Shown here: piece by piece, positions 58,980 to 64,000 of the stretch
Layout of the letters: the number at the start of each line of letters is the position of its first letter
Numbering within the stretch: the stretch's first letter is position 1
DNA from: Christensenellaceae bacterium
GTDB lineage: Bacteria > Bacillota > Clostridia > Christensenellales > Aristaeellaceae
Direction of reading: 5' to 3'
NCBI GenBank assembly: GCA_012518615.1
Contig: JAAYRU010000004.1
Span: 16,085-80,084, forward strand
DNA: 64,000 nt
Made by a program: the position numbers and the translations under genes
The notes under the pieces: model-generated
Told to the model about the DNA's origin: nothing
The model's input: only the letters and a program-made list of their open reading frames with translations
Databases searched by the model: none

Positions 58980-59309
58980 TTAATAGCGGCGTATACGCCT
59001 TACTACAAAGCCCGACTGACCAGTCTCCTCACCGGCCAATACTGCAAATAACGCGGCGGTAATTGCTATAGCCAGCGCAGTGCTGTCTGCGGCAGGTTGA
59101 GCAGGAGCGGGTGGAGCTGCGGGCGCGACGGGTGTAGCGACTGCCTTGCTGCTTGGAGCAGGCTTGCTAGCGGCTGCGGCGGGTTTTTTTTCGCCTGACG
59201 CAAAACGCATTAGCCATATTACCCCTATAAGCAGTATAAGACCGAGAAACACCACGGTTAAGCCTATAAAGGCTGTTGTAATGCCATTAATAACTACGCT
59301 TTCACTCAT
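58980..59309 (-). CDS. OadG-family small membrane subunit
   Basis: 109 aa. A single N-terminal TM segment (ITTAFIGLTVVFLGLILLIGVIWLM) followed by an Ala/Pro-rich tail. Positioned inside the decarboxylase operon. Confidence 0.7.
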   Translation of the reverse strand: MSESVVINGITTAFIGLTVVFLGLILLIGVIWLMRFASGEKKPAAAASKPAPSSKAVATPVAPAAPPAPAQPAADSTALAIAITAALFAVLAGEETGQSGFVVRRIRRY

Positions 59310-59321
59310 TGCAATGCCTCC

Positions 59322-60731
59322 TTATAGCTTAGTATAAAGCAGTTCAAGCGCGGCTATTACATGCTTGCGGGTTTCAGTGGGGTGTATAACCTCATCCGCA
59401 AGACCGAGCTTTGCAACCGCCATGCCGTCATTCGCCTTGGCGTAGGCTTCTTCAAGCGCTTCCTTGCCTTCGTCGATGATTTTGTCGGCTTCAAACACAT
59501 GCACGGCAAGTTCCTTTGTAAGGCTTGCAACCATGGCATTGGGCCATACTAGGCTTAAATCAGCGCCCGAGCAGGCGACGCTTGCCACATAGCTTGCGCC
59601 TATTGCGTTGCCGTATACAACGTTGATTTTCGGTACTTTTACTAGAGCATAGGCGCGCATCATCTTGCCGAAGGATAGCATAAGCTCACCCTGGCCTTCT
59701 TCTGCCGGTACATTTAGCCCATCAGATGAGATAAGGCTTACAACCGGTAAATTGTACTTAGCCGCAAGGCGTAATAGACGCGCGGTCTTATTGCAGGACT
59801 TGCTGTCCAGCCTGCCGCCATCAACGCTAGGTTCGCTTGCGACAAGCGCACAGCTATAGCCGCCTATACGGGCGAAGAATGTGTGTACGCCGGCGCCGTA
59901 TTCGGGGTAAAGCTCTATTGCGGAGCCATTGTCTACAAGCTCGCTTGCCAGCTTAAAGCCGTCTTTCCCATCGGCGGACAATAGACGGTTGATGTCGTCA
60001 GAGTCCGCAAAAGGAGCTTTGCCGTCTACCGAGCTTGGCAGCAGCTCAAGCAGCTTTTTAAGGCTTGCAATCGCTTCGTCCTCGTCGTTTGCGGTCAGCG
60101 CGCAGCTGCCTTGTACCGCAGCGACCTTTGCGCCGCCAAGGGCTTTGCCGTCTTTGGGGGCATTCCCCGCTTTTACCATTACCGCAGGCGTAAAGGGCAT
60201 AAGCACCGATACATCCTCAACTGCAATGCTAATATCGGAAAGCATAGCAAATTGGGCGGCAATGCCACAGCATTCACCGGCAACAAGGGTAATAATCGGG
60301 CAGATTCCGGAAAGCTTGGATATAGCCGCAAACACCTCGCCAAAGGCCTTTAATGTAAGCGCATCCTCCTTAACGTTGAATCCTTCCGTGTCGGTGAAGA
60401 AAACCACAGGCGCACCTGCCTTTTTCGCAAGGGAAAGGGTGTTTATAATTTTGTCCGCCTGCTTTTTTGACATCGCTGCGCCTTTTACGGTGATATCCTG
60501 AGCGACCGCATATACCGGTCTTTCAAATGACAATCCGTAGCCGCAGATTACTCCGCTCTCTTCATTAAGAGCGCCCAGTTCCACAAAGGAACCGGCATCA
60601 AAAAAAGCGACGATCCTCTCCCGTGCGGTTTTCTTGCCCTTGTCGTGCTGCAACTTGATTTTTTCTTTATCGCCTTGCAGCAGCTCTAGTCTTTTCTTTT
60701 CCCATTTTTTCAATGGTTCAATTTTTCCCAC
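59322..60731 (-). CDS. Acyl-CoA carboxyltransferase-family subunit (MmdA/GcdA/PccB-like, divergent motifs)
   Basis: 469 aa with a two-domain crotonase-like CT fold pattern. PVVFFTDTEGFNVKEDALTLKAFGEVF stands where FDSGGARIQEG... is expected. ISSDGLNVPAEEGQGELMLSFGKMMRAYA stands where VDVPGFLPG...GAKLLYAY is expected. Confidence 0.8.
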   Translation of the reverse strand: MGKIEPLKKWEKKRLELLQGDKEKIKLQHDKGKKTARERIVAFFDAGSFVELGALNEESGVICGYGLSFERPVYAVAQDITVKGAAMSKKQADKIINTLSLAKKAGAPVVFFTDTEGFNVKEDALTLKAFGEVFAAISKLSGICPIITLVAGECCGIAAQFAMLSDISIAVEDVSVLMPFTPAVMVKAGNAPKDGKALGGAKVAAVQGSCALTANDEDEAIASLKKLLELLPSSVDGKAPFADSDDINRLLSADGKDGFKLASELVDNGSAIELYPEYGAGVHTFFARIGGYSCALVASEPSVDGGRLDSKSCNKTARLLRLAAKYNLPVVSLISSDGLNVPAEEGQGELMLSFGKMMRAYALVKVPKINVVYGNAIGASYVASVACSGADLSLVWPNAMVASLTKELAVHVFEADKIIDEGKEALEEAYAKANDGMAVAKLGLADEVIHPTETRKHVIAALELLYTKL

Positions 60732-60870
60732 GAGCCTATCCTCCTTACCTATTTTGATTTGCTAAAAAACAACAACAATATCATAGTGAAACTAAGCTTT
60801 TTTGTCAAGCAAATTACCACAATCTATATTTTATTTGCGTAAAAAAACCCTAAATTATACAGAAAACAAA

Positions 60871-60899
60871 TTGACACAGGCGCTAAGCTTTGTTATAAT
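60871..60899 (+). promoter_or_regulatory. Consensus sigma-A promoter of the tRNA-Ser pair
   Basis: TTGACA-17 nt-TATAAT (with TGT upstream of the -10), 25 nt before the first tRNA. Confidence 0.65.
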
Positions 60900-60923
60900 G
60901 CCTCACGGTCTGTTTTAGCCATT

Positions 60924-61012
60924 GGAGAGATGGCCGAGTGGTTGAAGGCGCTGGTCTTGAAAACCAGTGATGTCGCAAGGCACCGGGGGTTCGAATCCCT
61001 CTCTCTCCGCCA
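60924..61012 (+). tRNA. tRNA-Ser (anticodon UGA), CCA encoded
   Basis: Acceptor GGAGAGA/TCTCTCC, anticodon stem CTGGT/ACCAG with loop CTTGAAA, a long variable arm, T-loop GGTTCGAATCC, and a 3' GCCA. Confidence 0.95.
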
Positions 61013-61019
61013 AAGCAAT

Positions 61020-61110
61020 GGAGAAGTACCCAAGTGGCCGAAGGGGCTCCCCTGCTAAGGGAGTAGTACGGGTGACCGTAGCGAGAGTTCAAATCTCTCC
61101 TTCTCCGCCA
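61020..61110 (+). tRNA. tRNA-Ser (anticodon GCU), CCA encoded
   Basis: Acceptor GGAGAAG/CTTCTCC, anticodon stem CTCCC/GGGAG with loop CTGCTAA, a long variable arm, T-arm GAGAG-TTCAAAT-CTCTC, and a 3' GCCA. Confidence 0.95.
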
Positions 61111-61114
61111 AATG

Positions 61115-61149
61115 CTCGGTAGTTATGATAGCTGCCGGGTTTTTCTTTT
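61115..61149 (+). terminator. Rho-independent terminator after the tRNA pair
   Basis: CTCGGTAGTTA-TGA-TAGCTGCCGGG (with G-U pairs) followed by TTTTTCTTTT. Confidence 0.6.
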
Positions 61150-61691
61150 GTCTATTATGGTTTTTTGAAAAATATTTATCAATTATATTGAATAATGATT
61201 TTAAGCTTCAAATATTTACCCTTTTTTTCTAAAAAATGGGTATTCCATTCTATGTGTTTTTCCCTTATCATATAACTATAATACCGAGGGATATATCTTC
61301 GGCGTCGGTAAAAACCGTTATTAAACGCATGTGTTAATCAATAACATTGAACCCAATAAAAGGAGGAAATCCCATGAAATGAATGCTTGCTTATATAATT
61401 GCTTTTATTCTGTTAGGCACACTCAATCTGCCGATTGTATTGGCAGAGCCCGACCTTAAGCGAAAGGCTTAGACCGACATAAAGTATAGCACAACAAAAA
61501 CTTTGGCGACGAATATCCAAGGTGTGAGAGGGACTTTGCGAAAAGAAAATCAGCCCGGTAGTGACGATTGTATGTGTTGACATTTGACAACATATACCGG
61601 AAAATTTTTTAGTATTTATCGATGAAATTAACAAATAGGTATTTGAATACCTGATAAAATAAAACAACTGAAGGAAATAAGGTGGATTATT

Positions 61692-61988
61692 ATGACGATT
61701 GAAAAGATTGCTGAGGGAACAAAACTGACTATCACTTTGATTGGTCGTATGGACACCATCACAGCACCACAGCTGGAGGTAGAACTGAAACAGAGCATTT
61801 CCGGCGTGGAGGAGCTGGTGCTGGATCTTGCGGGATTGGAATACCTGTCCTCCGCAGGTCTGCGTGTTCTGCTGGCAGCCCAGAAAGTTATGAATCGCCA
61901 AGGCAGCATGGTGGTAAAGAATGTGAACGAAACCATAATGGAGATCTTCGAGGTCACTGGGTTTGTTGACGTACTGACCATCGAATGA
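61692..61988 (+). CDS. STAS-domain anti-sigma-factor antagonist (SpoIIAA/RsbV-like)
   Basis: 98 aa. The conserved phosphorylatable serine context is LEYLSSAGLRVLL. Confidence 0.9.
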   Translation: MTIEKIAEGTKLTITLIGRMDTITAPQLEVELKQSISGVEELVLDLAGLEYLSSAGLRVLLAAQKVMNRQGSMVVKNVNETIMEIFEVTGFVDVLTIE

Positions 61989-63841
61989 CCTGCAGGGAAA
62001 GCGTTCCCATGAATACGAGCAAAAAGAAAATATCCCGTTCTTTTCAAAAATGGCTGCTTTTGCTGGTCGTTACGGCTTTCCTTGCCACCACGGCATTTCT
62101 GTGGGTGTTTCAGACGCGGCTTGCGAAGGACAATACGATTCGCCTGCTGGAGCTGAACATCTATGACGTGCGTGATACCATTAAGGACGCTTCTGACGAA
62201 AACCTGTTGAAATTGACTACCCAAATCGCGGCAGAACTGAACGGAACGGATGAGATAAGTCCGGAATTGCTGAATGAACTGTGCCGCCGATATGACGTGA
62301 CAGATATTAACTGCATCAATTCAGACGGCATCATTTTTGCTAGCACCTATCCGGACTTTCTGAACTATAATATGGCAAGCGGTGTGCAGTCTGCGGAGTT
62401 CATGGTGCTTCTAAGCGGAGAAGATAAATATGTACAGAAGTATCAGCCTGTCTCCTATGATAATTCCATCTCCCGCAAATATGCCGGTGTACTGCTTGAA
62501 CGCGGCGGTTTTGTTCAGGCAGGCTATGGGTTTGAACGATTCAAGGAAGACATTGATCAGTTTGTGGTGGGAGTGACACGCAACCGCCATGTTGGCGAGG
62601 GCGGCTGCATGATTATCGCAGATGAAAGTTGGAACATCGTCAGCGACCGCAACGGCAATGAAGGCAAAAACCTGAATGTGACCGGTTTACATATTGACAC
62701 CAAGGCAATGGCAAAGGGCGAAGTATTCACTGCCGACGTTTACGGTGAAAACTGTTATTGTATGTATAAAGCTCAGGAGGGTTATACCATAGTTGCCGTT
62801 ATACCCCGTAGCGAGGTAGCTCAGGCACGCAATATAGCGGTGGCTGTAACCACTACCATGCAGATTATTGTCTTTGCTGTGTTGTCCATAATGATTTATA
62901 TACTTGTTAAAAAATTGGTGGTCAACAATATCCTGAAAATAAATGACTCCCTCGCAGCTATTACTGAAGGGAAGCTAGATACCGTGGTGGATGTTCGTTC
63001 ATACGAGGAATTTGCAGCATTGTCCAATGACATCAACTCCACGGTGGATACCTTGAAGCGTTACATATCCGATGCCGAGGCAAGGATTGACGCTGAACTA
63101 GCTCTTGCCAAGGCAATCCAACATTCCGCGCTGCCTTCCATATTTCCTCCTTTCCCCAATCGAAAGGAATTTGAGATCCGGGCAAGCATGGATACCGCCA
63201 AGGAAGTGGGCGGTGACTTCTATGATTTCTATTTTATAGACGAGGAGCATCTGGCCTTCCTGATAGCCGATGTTTCCGGCAAGGGTATTCCCGCAGCCAT
63301 GTTTATGATGACTGCCAAGACCCTGCTTAAAAGCTATGCCGAGTCCGGCATGAGCGTGTCGGATGTTCTGACCCAAGCTAACAATAAACTCTGTGAAGGA
63401 AACGATGCGGGAATGTTTGTTACGGTCTGGATGGGCTATCTGAATACGAAAACAGGCGAAGTGACCTATGCCAATGCCGGCCACAATCCGCCGCTGATAA
63501 GGCACGCGGACGGCAGCGTTGAGCGGGTCAAATCCCGCCCCGGTCTAGTGCTGGCGGGCATGGAAAACATCCGCTACCGCTCTTATACAATCCAGTTGTC
63601 AAAAGGAGATATTCTATTTCTCTACACAGACGGGGTTACCGAAGCAACCAATAATAATAACAGCCTATATGGCGAAGGACGCTTGCGGTCAGTCCTAGAG
63701 AGAGAAACGAGCGCAGATATAAACTCTCTGTGTCTGTTGGTGAAAGCTGATGTTGACGCTTTTGTAGGTGTAGCTCCCCAACTTGACGATATCACGATGT
63801 TGTCCCTGCAATACAAGCTGCCCAAGGGGGAAGCCACATGA
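61985..63841 (+). CDS. Membrane sensor PP2C phosphatase (SpoIIE/RsbU family) with extracytoplasmic sensor and HAMP-like linker
   Basis: 618 aa with two TM segments flanking a periplasmic-type domain. The C-terminal PP2C domain has GGDFYDF, ADVSGKG and YTDGVTEA. ATGA overlap with the STAS gene; an alternative start lies at 62009. Confidence 0.88.
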   Translation: MTCRESVPMNTSKKKISRSFQKWLLLLVVTAFLATTAFLWVFQTRLAKDNTIRLLELNIYDVRDTIKDASDENLLKLTTQIAAELNGTDEISPELLNELCRRYDVTDINCINSDGIIFASTYPDFLNYNMASGVQSAEFMVLLSGEDKYVQKYQPVSYDNSISRKYAGVLLERGGFVQAGYGFERFKEDIDQFVVGVTRNRHVGEGGCMIIADESWNIVSDRNGNEGKNLNVTGLHIDTKAMAKGEVFTADVYGENCYCMYKAQEGYTIVAVIPRSEVAQARNIAVAVTTTMQIIVFAVLSIMIYILVKKLVVNNILKINDSLAAITEGKLDTVVDVRSYEEFAALSNDINSTVDTLKRYISDAEARIDAELALAKAIQHSALPSIFPPFPNRKEFEIRASMDTAKEVGGDFYDFYFIDEEHLAFLIADVSGKGIPAAMFMMTAKTLLKSYAESGMSVSDVLTQANNKLCEGNDAGMFVTVWMGYLNTKTGEVTYANAGHNPPLIRHADGSVERVKSRPGLVLAGMENIRYRSYTIQLSKGDILFLYTDGVTEATNNNNSLYGEGRLRSVLERETSADINSLCLLVKADVDAFVGVAPQLDDITMLSLQYKLPKGEAT

Positions 63842-64000
63842 AAGAATTGAATGTTTCAGCCACTGTAGAAAACATTCCCGTTGTGACAGCATTTGTTGAT
63901 GAGCAACTGAAGGCACTGGACTGTCCTGTAAAGGCAAAGGCGCAGATAGATATTGTCATTGACGAAATCTTTAGCAACATCGCCAGATATGCTTACAATC
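63838..64000 (+). CDS. Anti-sigma regulatory factor Ser/Thr kinase (RsbW/SpoIIAB-like), N-terminal fragment
   Basis: MKELNVSATVENIPVVTAFVDEQLKALDCPVKAKAQIDIVIDEIFSNIARYAY is the typical N-terminus of HATPase_c anti-sigma kinases. ATGA overlap with the phosphatase gene. Runs off the window end. Confidence 0.8.
   Translation, partial: MKELNVSATVENIPVVTAFVDEQLKALDCPVKAKAQIDIVIDEIFSNIARYAYN

Noticed and set aside
60883-61092. A 69-aa minus-strand ORF.
   Set aside because: It overlaps both tRNA-Ser genes, whose cloverleafs are complete.
61374-61472. An RBS followed by ATG-AAA-TGA and then an in-frame 29-codon signal-peptide-like ORF.
   Set aside because: It is too short, is interrupted by a stop at codon 3, and has no family signal. 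It is most likely a decayed gene start. It is mentioned under the tRNA-flank finding only.
61413-62224. Two overlapping minus-strand ORFs of 162 and 198 aa.
   Set aside because: They run antisense to the STAS and SpoIIE-family genes and into ORF-free AT-rich DNA. They have no recognisable motifs, and the plus-strand genes are well supported.

Overview
This 64-kb chromosomal window looks like an anaerobic Clostridia-class Firmicute. The signs are GGAGG-type ribosome-binding sites (RBS), a glutamate mutase/methylaspartase operon, a Na+-decarboxylase operon and a STAS/SpoIIE/anti-sigma kinase module. Backbone GC is about 45-50% from hand counts of a few lines. No searches were run; every call comes from reading the translations and the DNA.

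Content, left to right:
- BMP-type ABC transporter operon, then ridA, two HAD hydrolases and udk coupled to a UxaC-like gene.
- Peptidoglycan-binding proteins, a DUF4956/VTC pair and a TRAM-domain rRNA methyltransferase.
- glmS-glmL-glmE-mal operon plus a trailing P-loop gene.
- A GT4 glycosyltransferase, an AT-rich orphan gene with a PD-(D/E)xK nuclease motif, and a MATE pump.
- An esterase/ATP-grasp pair.
- A complete type I-C-like CRISPR-Cas locus with 20 repeats and 19 spacers.
- An IS5-family transposase remnant and a pRiA4-ORF3-like gene.
- azlCD, a zinc peptidase, queT and glgP.
- A LysR-tctCBA-aconitase-family-citF-like cluster.
- An amino-acid ABC/aminotransferase cluster.
- A five-gene biotin-dependent decarboxylase operon.
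- Two tRNA-Ser genes and a partner-switching module.

Most worth a second look:
1. The CRISPR-Cas locus has I-C hallmarks but the order cas5-cas8-cas7-cas3-cas4-cas1-cas2. Composition breaks between cas3 and cas4, and the large subunit looks divergent.
2. A family of about 160-bp imperfect palindromic elements has two diverged copies whose outer stems co-vary. One copy sits inside an operon.
3. A near-consensus promoter drives a roughly 190-nt structured, gene-less transcript in a 620-bp ORF-free gap.
4. The AT-rich orphan nuclease-motif gene.
5. The decarboxylase operon carries two carboxyltransferases, one with altered glycine motifs.

I found no clear-cut multi-gene novel system. These are leads, not demonstrations.
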